64,000 bases of DNA from Phoronis australis (lineage: Eukaryota; Animalia; Phoronida). Positions within the stretch are counted from its first letter, which is position 1; each line of letters starts with the position of its first letter. Below the pieces are notes generated by a model. It was not told where the DNA came from and did no database searches. It worked only from the letters and a program-made list of their open reading frames with translations. Below, one piece after another: positions 37,880 to 50,885 of the stretch. The stretch is taken from positions 1 to 64,000 of the forward strand of contig NMRA01000154.1 of the NCBI GenBank assembly GCA_002633005.1. Direction: 5' to 3'. The position numbers and the translations under genes are program-made.

Positions 37880-38250
37880 TCACAACACGTCGCGAGCTTA
37901 AAAATTTATTGAGAGGCCGTCTTCGTCCCTCGCGGCGAGTTTTCTTGTGGGCGCCCACAATAACTTTGTTTACGGAAGTGCTTCACTGACACCTAGTGGA
38001 TTTTGCCAAGAATCGATCATTGAGGCTCGAAAGATAACTGCGTTTCCAAAAAATACGTTGCACTACTAGGGACTCTTAAATGACATTGTTTATAGAAATA
38101 GAACCTTAAAAGAAAGCTATACTTATTGCAAATACTTTGATTTTAAAAACAGATCCATATGCGGTCCTTAATTAATTAACGTGATTTTGAGTAACACGAT
38201 GCTTCGGTGCCCTTTATTTTATTTCTCTCAAGAGCAAGATGGCGGCGGAA
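37880..38250 (+). promoter_or_regulatory. Probable GNB5 proximal promoter / 5' UTR
   Basis: CpG-richer patch, ETS-like cggaagtg (~37973) and YY1-like caagatggcggc overlapping the ATG. Motif inference only. Confidence 0.4.
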
Positions 38251-40245
38251 GGGTTGAGGGTGGACAACAGGCAGGACAGTTTGGAAGCTTTAAATCGAGA
38301 ATGCGAGGAACTGAAAGCAAAATTAGAAGACGAGAGGCTTAAGCTAAATGATGCAAATTGTAAGAATGGCCTCAGTTCTTTTGTATGAACGATTCATATT
38401 GTGCAGTGTGTACAAAAGCAGTCATACCTCTTCATTTCGTCGAAAAGGCGAATCCACACTCGCCACATAGGGAACAATCGCAGAAACATAATACTTTCCC
38501 TATGGTTCGTCACGTACAGTAACGGTGGGGATGCTGTGTGTTATTTTTTCATAGATTTCAGTAGAGTTGGTGCAAAGTTACAATTAATGTAAAACTTAGG
38601 ATTTATCTGGGAGCCTTGGCTCTGAAACAAACCCGGACACAAATTAGTGTCATGACGTGTTGTATCAGGTTGAGTCAGGTTTCTAGCTCCTTAGCTCGCT
38701 TTTAACTATATGTTAATAAAGCACAAAAATAGTTCCTGGTGTTTGGTACAATGGGGCCACATGCGCGGCCTGCGTACTTCTGGTACAACGTGTAGCATAC
38801 CGGCTGCAATTGTTTTTTTTTTGTTGTATCATGTGACTTATAGGCATGACAGGCCAATAAATCCTCTCCAAGCCACTTGAAAAATGTCAAATCACCTCTT
38901 AGCTGAAGGATTTGGATGCTCATAGTCGCGCAGGATAGGCAACTGCTTTATTGTAACATGTATGCAAGCTTTTTGACAAATTATGCCTTGCACTGACTAA
39001 ACTCAAACTCTTGTTGCTGTAAGTACTCTTTTGACATCTTAGGTGGCTGTTGATATGTTTAAGAACTCTGAACTCAAGAAAATACTTCTGTAATCAACAT
39101 TTCTTTCCGAATAGTTATTCCGCTGTTGAAATCGGGAATGAAACATTTCTGTTTTCTTTGAATCGCTGCTATAATATGGAGGTTGACTTCGGAAGTAGGT
39201 CAATCATTAAGGCACCTACAGTGGTGNGTGCCCTTTATTTATTTCTCTCAAGAGCAAGATGGCGTCGGAAGGGTTGAGGGTGGACAACAGGCAGGACAGT
39301 TTGGAAGCTTTAAATCGAGAATGCGAGGAACTGAAAGCAAAATTAGAAGACGAGAGGCTTAAGCTAAATGATGCAAATTGTAAGAATGGCATCAGTTCTT
39401 TTGTATGAACGATTCAGATTGTGCAGTGTGTACAAAAGCAGTCATACGTCTTCATTTCGTCGAAAAGGCGAATCCACACTCGCCACATAGGGAACAATCG
39501 CAGAAACATAATACTTTCCCTATGGTTCGTCACGTACAGTAACGGTGGGGATGCTGTGTGTTATTTTTTCATAGATTCCAGTAGAGTTGGTGCAAAGTTA
39601 CAATTAATGTAAAACTTAGGATCCATCTGGGAGCCTTGGCTCTGAAACAAACCCGGACACAAATTAGTGTCATGACGTGTTGTATCAGGTTGAGTCAGGT
39701 TTCTAGCTCCTTAGCTCGCTTTTAACTATATGTTAATAAAGCACAAAAATAGTTCCAGGTGTTTGGTACAATGGGGCCACATGCGCGGCCTGCATGCATC
39801 TGGTACAACGTGTAGCATACCGGCTGCAATTGTTTTTTTTTGTTGTATCATGTGACTTATAGGCATGACAGGCCAATAAATCCTCTCCAAGCCACTTGAA
39901 AAATGTCAAATCACCTCTTAGCTGAAGGATTTGGATGCTCATAGTCGCGCAGGATAGGCAACTGCTTTATTGTAACATGTATGCAAGCTTTTTGACAAAT
40001 TATGCCTTGCACTGACTAAACTCAAACTCTTGTTGCTGTAAGTACTCTTTTGACATCTTAGGTGGCTGTTGATATGTTTAAGAACTCTGAACTCAAGAAA
40101 ATACTTCTGTAATCAACATTTCTTTCCGAATAGTTATTCCGCTGTTGAAATCGGGAATGAAACATTTCTGTTTTCTTTGAATCGCTGCTATAATATGGAG
40201 GTTGACTTCGGAAGTAGGTCAATCATTAAGGCACCTACAGTGGTG
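38208..40245. repeat. ~1.02-kb near-identical tandem duplication including GNB5 exon 1
   Basis: 38208-39226 and 39228-40245 are separated by a single N and differ by scattered substitutions. Confidence 0.95.
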
Positions 40246-43200
40246 GTATGCCATAATTCACTACTGCTTGAAACTTGGCTGCTAGGGTCGCACCTTTCTT
40301 ACCTGAACAAAATGATTTATTTCGTTGACGAACAAAGAAAGATATTGGTAGGAAATCTTAGTTACCAAAGTATTTTTTGAGTTGGAAGGAATGAAAGACA
40401 TCAATGGCTTTCTAAGGTGTCCGTATTTAGATGCTCAAAACGTACTTATAGCAACTTGACTTTCATGGATAAGTCGGCGTGAGGAATTTGGCATCCCTGT
40501 TGGATGATCAATGTCTGCACCAGCTGTGCTCGACCAGTTCCGCTGGTGGTACTGTCTATCACACAGGGAACCCTGGTTTAAGTCTCTATGACAGCAGATT
40601 TTACGTCACATACGTGTACACACGATCAACACCTTTTTACATTATTTTGTACTTCCACGTATTAATTCTTTAGAATTTTCTGCAAAATCTTGCAAAGTCT
40701 TATAAAAAAATTTCCTTGTCCTTTGAGTGGTGTCACCTGGGTGAGGTAGCGCCATGCTCATCTTCCTGGGTATCTTGTCCACTAAAACTTTGCCTTTTTC
40801 AGCGTTCTTCTATAATCAGCATTATTACGTGGCCACATGCTATAAAACGTTTGTTGCCAGTCGGTTATTCTTACGACATTATCAGCTTATTTTGGACAAT
40901 TGACCTACATAACATGAGTTTTTAGGAGAACACTCTTAAATGAAAGTAAGCATTAGTTTGCATTGTTTTTAATCAAGGTGTTAACCACAGGTAATTGTTC
41001 TTTAACAGGGTTTGATTTATCAATCAATATGTTAATGAGACGAGCATTCCCTAACAGGAGCATCGTCCCACCACTTTGTGATTATAACATCAAAACTCAG
41101 AAATACATTTTATGAAAATTTGTTACCTTAATTATCTTTAATATTTTATTTCACGTGCTTCCAGTGCCTGTCATTGCTGAGAGGTTAGATAACCTGCAGC
41201 CTATGTCGATGAAGACTCGTCGAGTGTTGAAAGGCCATCAAGGAAAGGTGCTCTGTATGGATTGGTCGACAGATAAACGACATGTTGTCAGCTCTTCCCA
41301 GGTTAGCCTATCACCTCTAAACACCCATTAAAAATGATTTATACATTGTGGACAAAATGATTTGGTGATATTGCTTGTGGATAAAATGTTATGATGATAT
41401 TGGTTGAGGACAAATGATATGATATCGCTTGTCTTGTTGGAGCATTTCCCTTCTGTCCTGGATCAGACAGTGTTTACACTAGAAAGTTGCGTTCCTTGGC
41501 GCTGGAAAAAGTATCAATTTAAATTGACCCATACTACAATGCAACAGAAACACTTAACTTTACCTGCAATGCTGCATATCCATCGGCCATTTTTCAAGTC
41601 TTGTTTTCATGCTGCTGGTGGTCCGTGTTCAATGTTATTGAAGTTGCAATAATTACTACTGCCTACGTAGCAGAGTTTGACTGTTGCACAGTTAATTGGA
41701 CAGCTGTACTTGCTTTGGACATTTGACAAATGTTCAACAAATCCTTTTTGTTTGTCTAGTAACTTAACTCCAAAGTCCCAGACATTTCAGAAATCCGTGT
41801 TTCCCATACACACGTTTTGCTGTTTGTAGGACAAAAGTGAGCTCAATTTGGGATGGTGTTCCATGGAACTGTTATGAACATTCAGCTATTGCTTGTTCAG
41901 TGACAGTTCCATATTACTTCCGTGGAGACAGTTTCCATGGTTACTAATGAAAATTTTCCTTTGTCTGTCTTGTTCTTAGCACACCTGCATTTGCTTTCCT
42001 TTCAGGATGGAAAGATGATCGTGTGGGATGCCTTCACAACCAATAAAGAGCATGCAGTTACCATGCCAACCACCTGGGTGATGGCTTGCTCCTATGGACC
42101 ATCAGGCTCTGTTGTAGCTTGCGGGTGTGTACCTTCTTCTGATGTCTATAATCCAAAATCAGTAATTAACCTTCAAATTTGTCATTGCCAACTTGATTGT
42201 CTTGCCAATCAAAAGTTAGATCAGCTCAAGTGGAACTTGCTTTTGTGTTTTCACTACACTAAAGAGTTTATCGTGTGCTAATTATTGCTTAACAGTGAAG
42301 CAGCATTCAAACTCGGCAGAAATTCTAACTGTGTTAGTGACCTTCAGTCTAAACTGATACTAGTTTAGGGCATTATAGTGAACTTAATGGTTCTAGCTTC
42401 TGAAGAGTCTTATCCTAAGTTTGCTATGACACACGCTCTTTGGATAATTCTGTTTCAGTTTCTACAACTTCTTTCTCTTTCTACAATTTCCTCTTGCCTG
42501 TTTCAGTGGACTGGACAATAAATGCACAATATATCCGCTGAGTCTAGATGAAGACCCAGTCAGTAAGAAGCGAGCTGTGGCCACACACACCAGTTATTTG
42601 TCTTGTTGTAAATTCACTAACTCAGACCAGCAAGTGAGTGGCTCTTTATACTAGTAGATTTTAAGAAGCTGTTGGCAATGATGGTCTCTGGGAAAATGTT
42701 AATTGAATATATTTTTTTAATTTAAAAGTGACTCACAATTTTGTGATTTTTATCTCAGATTATGATCCACTCAAAATGAGAAAATTAGAATTCTCCAAAA
42801 GTTGCTAGCAGCAGCGGATTTAAAGGGGGATGGCCCTCCCCCCAAAATTCTGCCAGATTCCATGTGGCAGTACGGGGGTGCGAATATCTGACGGGCAAAA
42901 TCCTGCCTAATACCCTGCCCTGCCCCTCCCCCAACTCAAAATCCTGGATACGCCCTTGGCTAGTCTAACAATGATCCTACTTAGTGCACAAACTCTCCCA
43001 TGTTTTTGAACCATTTGCCTCTTTTTCTTTCTCGTTGATAAATGATGAAAAGAGCTCCCTTTCTCAATATGCGCCACCTGGTGGATGTCAAGTCACTTAT
43101 TACTGGTTCTCATAGAAGGTTTATAAGACTGTCTGTCAGTGGAAAAACATTAACTTGTTCATTAATCATCTATGATGCATAACAAGCTTTCAAAAGGTAA

Positions 43201-46200
43201 CTTGTTGTTTGGCAATGGATGGGTGAAATTCCATCGTCACACTCTTTCATCCGAACGGTAAAATTCTGTATTTGTGAAGATTTGCCTCCAAACATTTGCA
43301 TTTGTTTGGACCAGGCACACAGTTGTTAAGTAACTTTTCATTTTTTAATTACAGATTCTAACAGGAAGTGGAGATAGCACATGTGCATTATGGGATGTGG
43401 AAAGTGGTCAGCTTATTCAGAGCTTCCACGGTCATCAAGGAGACGTTATGAGCTTGGATTTGTCTCCTTCAGAATCTGGCAATACTTTTGTATCAGGGGT
43501 GAGAATTAAAAGCTAGTTACCGCGGTAACAGATGATGTGCTGAAGTATTGCAAATAATTTTCAATGCTACATTCGCTGACAAAAGCAACCAGTTTGTCTG
43601 TGTTTGACAGTTGCATTCTCAGACACATACTGGTCATCTTGTGGTTCTGGTTGTTTTGGTATCCAAGATATTGTTAGTGTGCAAATGGCCTGAAGCTTGT
43701 CACCTGCTTCTTCCTTCAATTTTCTGTTTAGGGAAGGGGGGATGGCANTGAGCTTGGATTTGTCTCCTTCAGAATCTGGCAATACTTTTGTATCAGGGGT
43801 GAGAATTAAAAGCTAGTTACCGTGGTAACAGATGATGTGCTGAAGTATTGCAAATAATTTTCAATGCTACATTCGCTGACAAAAACAAACAGTTTGGTTG
43901 TGTTTGACAGTTGCATTCTCAGACACATACTGGTCATCTTGTGGTTCTGGTTGTTTTGGTATTCAAGATATTCTTAATGATCCTTCTCTGTGTGCAAATG
44001 GCCTGAAGCTTGTCACCTGCTTCTTGGTTGCCTTGGTCAAATCATTGATTGTTTAAGAAATATGCTCCTCTGTTTTTTAATGTAAATTTTGAGCATGCTT
44101 GAGAGGGTTAATGTTCTCAGACACTGTTCATTACAATTTGATGACCAGCTTTTCATAAATTTCCAAGAGAGCAGATGACGTATTCAATCTAGAATACTTC
44201 ATCTTTTCCCGAGTTCTCTGCATAGTTCTTCATTTGTCCTCCAGAGTTGTTACTTGGACCACAACTGTCATTCATCTCTCGAATCTATGTCTGTATATTT
44301 CTTCATTTCTCCTCCGAGGTTGTTACTTGGACCATGACTCTCATTCATTTCTCGAATACATCTTCGTACATTTCTTCATTTCTGCTCCGGGATTGTTTCT
44401 TGCATCATGACTCTCATTCATTTCTCAAATCCATCTCCGTAGTTTCTTTCATTTCTCATCCAGGGATGTTACTTGCACCATGACTCTCACTCATTTCTCG
44501 AGTCCATCTCTGTATAGTTCTGTGTTTCCCCTCCAGGGTTGTGACTCGACAGCACTTGTCTGGGACATGAGGACAGGATTGTGTGTGCAGACATTTGAAG
44601 GTCACGAGTCTGACATCAACAGCGTCTGCTTCTATCCGAGCGGTGACGCATTTGCCAGCGGCTCAGATGATGCAACAGTGAGTCATTTTGTTTGTAACAA
44701 CTTGATTGTCTCCCATGTAAAAGTCATCTTTAAGAAACTGTACAGTTGCGAACAGTTGAATGTGCAGGCATTTGCCAAAATTACAGATCTGCCTATATTC
44801 AGTAGTTGTGTGTTTTATTTTATAAGCTGTTGTAGTTCCCCTTAACTGGGGTGGTCTATGGTGTTTATCACTTTTTACAAACCAATGTGGAAGAGGCATT
44901 CATCAGGCTTTGCGTTGAACTCTTTGTGTTTAATTTTCATCAAAATTTCAAGTGATCAGGACAAAATCTGTTCTAATCATTTAAAGTGATTCTTTAAATG
45001 TTTTGTTGCTTGCTGACTGTTTGGAGTTTAGTTAGTTCAAGTCAATCTGACCATATGCATTTCAGTGTCGACTGTATGACCTCAGAGCTGATCGGGAGGT
45101 GAATTGTTATAAAAAGGAAAGCATTATCTTCGGATGCAATGCCGTTGACTTCTCGCTGAGTGGTAATATAACAACTGTTCTGTTTATTCTATTCAAAAAG
45201 TTGTCTTTTATAATGCAGTCAATACACCTAGATTTTTCACAAGAGGTGCTTGTGTTTGTGATTTGTGAACGCTGAAAAGCAACATAGTGACTGATGAAGT
45301 CCGTTAGTTAAACACTGATAACTCTATGTTGATAGTCCATTTGTCTGTTCATAGGTCGGCTACAATTCATTGGTTACAACTACACATTTGTAGAAAATGT
45401 TAAATACTGATAACTACATTGTTAAAGTTTTAACTATATTGTTTACATTCGATTACATTCCATTTGTCTGTACACAGGCCGGCTACTGTTCAGCGGTTAC
45501 AACGATTACACTGTGAACATCTGGGATGTTCTAAAGGGAACACGATGCACTATTCTGTACTGTCACGAGAACCGCGTTAGTTGTCTGGGTGTGTCACCAG
45601 ATGGCACTGCACTATGCACGGGCAGCTGGGATAACACGCTCAAGGTAATGTGACAAGATGGAGGCTTGTCGTCACGGTAGTGATCTGGTCATTTTAGTCA
45701 TGAATTAGTGTCGTGACGTATCTTACAGTTTAGACCACTTACCTCTGTAAAACTGACCTCTTACTGAGATAAGGGGCTTAGAAAAATTTGACTGTACCAT
45801 TATAACTTGAGACAATTCTGTGCTTAAAATGAGCATGTGTGACAAGCCAGCTTGTCTAGCCTGGAATCAACAAATAACTTTCTACGATTTCCTAGCCCAA
45901 AAATCGCCTCTGATTTGACGGAGGAGCAAGTCGACAGCACCTTCATAATGTGAAGTTGTCTGTATCAAAATTTCGTATTTGTAACAGAAGCCATTTTAAA
46001 ATGTTTAAAATCATTAATTTCATATCAAAAAACCCGAAACAACCCCCCACCAGTCAACTCGCCGTCAAATTAAAACACTCACAAACGATATGTTGCGATA
46101 TTTTAATGAGCTGATCTCAAGTTACAAGCATTTATTCGCCAAAACATTCCATATGAAATTCGGTCAACCTGTCATAGTAGTATCCATTCTCCATTGAGTT

Positions 46201-46780
46201 TTGTGTGAAAAGTCGTCAGATACTACAGCTCACTTTTCTGTGGTTTATGCTATAATGAGGAATGGCGAGCCGAGTTTGTGGTGGTTGTAACAACTTAACA
46301 TCTAACCACTCTGTGGCTCTTTTCACTTTCCTTTGGGACGTCGGAGAGGGTAGATGTGGCACAAGTTTGTAGCAGAAACTTGTGTTGGTGGATGTGACAC
46401 ACTGGCACTGGTTATGTCCATAGGTCATACCCTTGTAAGTGGAGCTAAGAAACTTTCAATTGAATTCGTTCTTCTATTCTCTCGTTTCTGGGATATTTGA
46501 GTTCACGATTGTAATATGCAGGGCTATAAAATAAGGTTTGATGATCCTGACCATGTAGTCACTTTTCAAGAGAAGGTAAGCAGTTGTTTTAAGCACTTTA
46601 ACTATTTTGGCAAGTCTTGTAGGTTTGGCAATCTTCTAATGTACCAATAATTTGTAAGCAATTATGAAGTTCTGTGTGTTGATTTTGTCGTGTTGTCTCT
46701 TGGGTTTTATTACCTTTGACCAATGTTTGTTTACTGGTTTTGTTTAAGTTGTTAAAATGCTCTTGTAGATATGGGCTTGA
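38239..46780 (+). CDS. GNB5: Guanine nucleotide-binding protein subunit beta-5, 354 aa, 9 coding exons
   Basis: Exons 38239-38359 (duplicate copy 39259-39379), 41165-41301, 42006-42124, 42507-42633, 43355-43498, 44537-44677, 45066-45162, 45478-45644 and 46769-46780 total 1065 nt. [70 protein letters not shown] matches G-beta-5 rather than G-beta-1-4. Confidence 0.97.
42809..42958. mobile_element. Short non-autonomous DNA transposon in GNB5 intron 4
   Basis: Imperfect TIRs cagcagcggattta / tggatacgcccttg flanked by GCTAG on both sides; partial copies elsewhere in the window. Confidence 0.7.
43449..44025. repeat. Duplication of the 3' end of GNB5 exon 5 plus intron start, joined at a single N
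   Basis: 43449-43713 is repeated from 43749, with N at 43748. Confidence 0.85.
44195..44550 (+). repeat. 73-bp tandem repeat whose last unit is the GNB5 exon 6 acceptor
   Basis: Period of 73 (acceptor-equivalent positions 44244, 44317, 44390, 44463, 44536). Confidence 0.85.
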
Positions 46781-48192
46781 TGGCTACTGAGCACCCTAGC
46801 TAAGGCATGGAAGTTTGGTACCTCAGCAAACATAGGAATATCAGTACCATGTCAAGGAAATGACCGTCGGTACCTCATCAAACAAACGTGTCTCAGCCAC
46901 AACCTGTGTGTTCGTCTTCTTCTTCGTCCCTACTGTAGACAACCTGGTACTGTACACCAGTCACCTTACTAGAAGGTTGTGAACTCCCAGTTTCTGAAAC
47001 TTTTCGTTTTGCCGTATGAAGTTCCTGAAAGGTGTGAGGCACCAATGTCCTTCCATAGTTGTATTTGTTCTTTAGATTCGTCAAATGCTTTTGTTTCCAT
47101 TTCTTTTTCATTTAGTGCAGGTCATCTAGTGCAGTTTGGATTTGTGAGCGGGGCTCCATCTAGTGGATGTCATTGCATAAATTTTGGAGTATTTGCTTCT
47201 AACACAGTTAGAAGCTTTTCAAATCTCTAGTCATACCCTAATTGATTGAGATCAGAATGCATATTAGTGGTGCAATCTCAGTGGACTGCGAAAGTGGGAA
47301 GTTGTTTACGTTTCAATTGGTACTATGTTAGGGTACTTTTTCGTTTTTTCATCACTGCAGATCATAGATCGAAAGGTGTCGGTGACAAATAAAAACAAGT
47401 CACAACCCTATGTGCATCTCTATGTATCTGTCTCTGTACTGAGTTTGTAAGAAGTGAACTTCATTTTTATTCAACTGTGGCAATCATTTTGTTGGTGCAC
47501 TGCTAGAAATTAATTTTTTATTTAAAAGTTGTGTACCAAATTTTGTTTTCTTTGGAAGTGGATGTCTCATTGAGGGCTGTCGTTTGGTAGAATGCAATAA
47601 TGTGGAAAGGATATCTTAATTCCAAAATACTTATGTTCGTCAATTTTCAATGACAGTTGCCCAAAAATGCAAAATATAATTGGTTGTGATCTGCTAATTT
47701 TACTTGGTACATTTTTTCTCTAGAATTTCTGACCAGTGGTCTCAACTGAGAGGCCCGTTTGTCGAAAACCTGTGAAACAAGCAGGATGACTTGAAGTTAT
47801 TGAACTGAGACATAGATTTTATTGTCTCTTGAGACGTCTGTCAAACTTCTTTCACATGATTCCAAATCTTTAAAGTTAATAGGAATGCAGACTTCATAAG
47901 AGGGCAAAATGTGCTAGCACTTTTGTAATGGATTTCCACAACAGTAAAACTTGCATTTTTCAGATTTTTGCTTAGTTAGTCAAAGTTGTGTAGTACAGTT
48001 GTTCATTCGGCCCTTTAGATAGGTCAGGTTTACCATCGTATGAAATGTCTTGGTCTGGTTGGATCTGACTTACAGGAGTCTGCAAGGCCATGTTTGCTGT
48101 TGGAAATGTACTGTTGGTGGCTGTTAAGGTGCTGGCGGTCAGTTTTTTTCACCTGCGTGCATAATGCAGACGCCCGTGACTGTAAAGCACAA

Positions 48193-48285
48193 CCCCCTGC
48201 CCTCACATCCCCTGCCCTCGCGTCCCCTGCCTTCACGTCCCCTGCCTTCACATCCCCTCCCCTCACAGCCCCTGCCCTCACAGTC
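48193..48285. repeat. 15-bp minisatellite (cccctgccctcacat)
   Basis: About 6 copies. Confidence 0.9.
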
Positions 48286-48714
48286 TCCTACTCTCATTAC
48301 CTAATAAGCCTTTATGGTCTCAGTTGCAAGCTACTACTGGCGTTTTTTTCCATGATATTAAATGTTCTCTACTGTCTGTGATAGCTGATTTACTATTCAT
48401 ATGTTGTAATCGCGATATAGCCTCATAGTAATGGTGACTTTGCAGTTACAACTTTGGTAACTGTTAGAAACGTCTGTTGGTGATATGTCTGCAATTTCTG
48501 GATAGACAGGACTTATTACAGATGATGTTTTATAACTTTTTTCTGTTTCTTTGAAGATGGTGCTGCATACCGGGTGTCTTTTTGACTTGGCAGTGTAGGG
48601 TGGAGAAAACATCCAGTAGCGAAACTCTTTCACTTGACAATGCAGGGTGGAGTAAACATCCTGCAGCGAGACTCTTAAATATCTCAAAAACAAGTGGCTG
48701 AATTTTGTAAATGC

Positions 48715-48880
48715 CACTGCTGTAGTGGTGAAATTAGAGGTAAGTAGGCGCCTCAAGCCCACCCTGTCACCTTGAGCACTGAACGTTAGTTACGGTGCGT
48801 AGGAACTACTTTCAAATGCCAAAATGTGGTTGGCTGCGCATACGTTCGCCTACGTGCGCCTACGCCCCACTACAGCACTG
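48715..48880. mobile_element. hAT-type MITE
   Basis: TIRs cactgctgtagtgg / ccactacagcactg with a perfect 8-bp TSD GTAAATGC on both sides. Confidence 0.9.
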
Positions 48881-49455
48881 GTAAATGCTCTACATCGAAT
48901 TTTAAAAACTTTGTGGCAGACACACACTTACTAGCTTAAGTAGGTAGTTTGGTGTGAATATTAAGATATGAGACGTGACAACTCGAGTCCGCCATTTCCG
49001 CTGCCATTGCCATGTGTCGAGCAACTTGCATCAACCGCTAGTCACGTGACAGCTTCCCACATACACTGCCCTGTTATGTCAACGCCTTATTCAAGTGTCT
49101 TCTTCAGTATACCCTAATTGCGGCGAGGGCTAGTATCGCATGCAATTTTTTTTGTTTGTTTTTTTTTGCCGCGAGTCTCTGTCACTTATTTTGTGCACTT
49201 TTTAGAGGTTTTTTTTTGTAACTGTAACGTTTGTCTGGGTAGCTTTATTTTATTGTATTTTTCTTTATGGGTTTATTTACAGTTTACTTGTGTTTATGGA
49301 AAGGTTATTAGAAAAACGTTGTTTGTTGAGTATTTTAGCAGTTCGTAAATTATTGATAGTACGTTTGTATAAAATTCTTAGCTGTTTAGATTAAACTTAT
49401 GATGTGTATGTACTCGATTTTTGTGCAATATTTTAATGCACAACACCGTAGGAGT

Positions 49456-49500
49456 AATAAAATGGATTATTTGAAATAGTTTTGTCTTTTCTCTTTCTGT
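49456..49500 (+). terminator. Candidate GNB5 polyadenylation signal (implies a ~2.7-kb 3' UTR)
   Basis: AATAAA at 49456 with a T-rich upstream region and a downstream T/GT-rich tract. An earlier AATAAA at ~47388 is also possible. Confidence 0.4.
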
Positions 49501-49762
49501 CTCTGCTCTAGTGACGCAAAGAAATATAAGTTGTAATTTTCACCCTGGTGCGAATCTTATTACAGTATTGAGCAATTCCCGTGATAGATTTAAGCGTTAT
49601 TCAGTTATTTACGTGACCTCGTCGTGTTGCAAAGCGGATTCCGTAGTTCGATATAAACGGCAATTCATATTCCGAAGCCTGATAAGCTCTCTTAAGCTGC
49701 TATTTCACCCATGCAGACTTAGCCGATTTTGCGTCGTTCAGTGCATTAAAACTGCAGTTCGC

Positions 49763-50885
49763 CCTGTTGAGCTGACTTAGCCCTGTGACTAAGAACTAAA
49801 ACGAATTGACCTTTTATTCAAACAAAATCGTCTCAAAATATTCCAGTTAGAAGCAAGAACATCGAAACCATCGGCGCCTTCAGAAAACGCTTCAGAGTTC
49901 AGTGGCCACCACTAAAATCGGGACACAGTGCCTTCAAGGGCTATTGAGTAGGTATTACCGGAAGGAACAATGAATCTAGCTCGCTTGGTGAGAATGAAAA
50001 AAATATTCTAGTTCAGTCATGCGAGCATCCAGTCTAAAAAGTTGGTGGCCTCGAATTTTAGAAAATGTGGATCTTTTACCAAGTAAGATTCACGGAGTAC
50101 GTTCAGAGCTATGAATTGTGCATTCGCCGAATTTTGGTACTTCCTGTCTCGTTTTCTACTTTTTTCAGAGGTTTTGTTTCTCTGACGGAGGCGCGGACCT
50201 CAGTTTTTGCACACTTCGCCAAATGGGGTACTCAAAGGAGCCCCCCTGGGTGCAGCATGGTTCTGACTAGATTTATTTTCTTTAAAATAGCGGCCTTCTG
50301 TAGCGTTGTTGCATTTCTGCGCCCTACGAGCACTAGAGCTGAGAAATCTGCTGCAAATTCAGGTAACCCTCAAACAACCCAGATATTTCAAGAAATTTAG
50401 ATAGCTGACAGCACCTATGAACCACATTTTGGAACCAACAGGATTTTTGCTTTCAGCATCTAGTATTGGCTTGTGCCTAGCATTGACAGGGCAGTGGTGG
50501 TTTTGAGCTGAAATCTGTCAATTTTGTGTTTTGACACCTGTTTTGAACCCCGCGCTTCCTTTAGCTGAATGTCAAACCTCCGAAAATACCGCGGAGACAG
50601 AATGAAGCTTGTGTGGTAATGAGTATCGGTTGTGATGTGAAACGACTCGCAAGTTTTCATTTTTGTCACTACATTTTTTTTACAGCTGACTGAAAGAAGT
50701 TTATCTCAGTCGCGACATGTGCGCTGCCAGGCCAACGCAGGAGAGATAACTCAGTGAGGGCCTCCTTAGCTGGTTACGGAAATAGAACCATGCCACAAAT
50801 ATTAATAGAAACAAATATTTGAGACTGATTTTATGAGAATAAAGGTCAAATTCGATTTTCGTTTTCAGTCAACTCAGTGAACAGG
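49763..50885. mobile_element. TIR-bounded element carrying a nested dispersed repeat
   Basis: aaaacgaattgaccttttattc..gtctcaaaatatt (49798-49842) is inverted at 50814-50860; it encloses the 50018-50260 repeat. Confidence 0.55.

Noticed and set aside
43449-44025. Mutually exclusive duplicate of GNB5 exon 5
   Set aside because: Only the 3' part of the exon is repeated, it has no acceptor, and it starts at a single-N join; probably an assembly overlap.
48030-48381. ORFs with VKAGD / LTSPA repeats
   Set aside because: Produced by the 15-bp minisatellite in the presumed 3' UTR.
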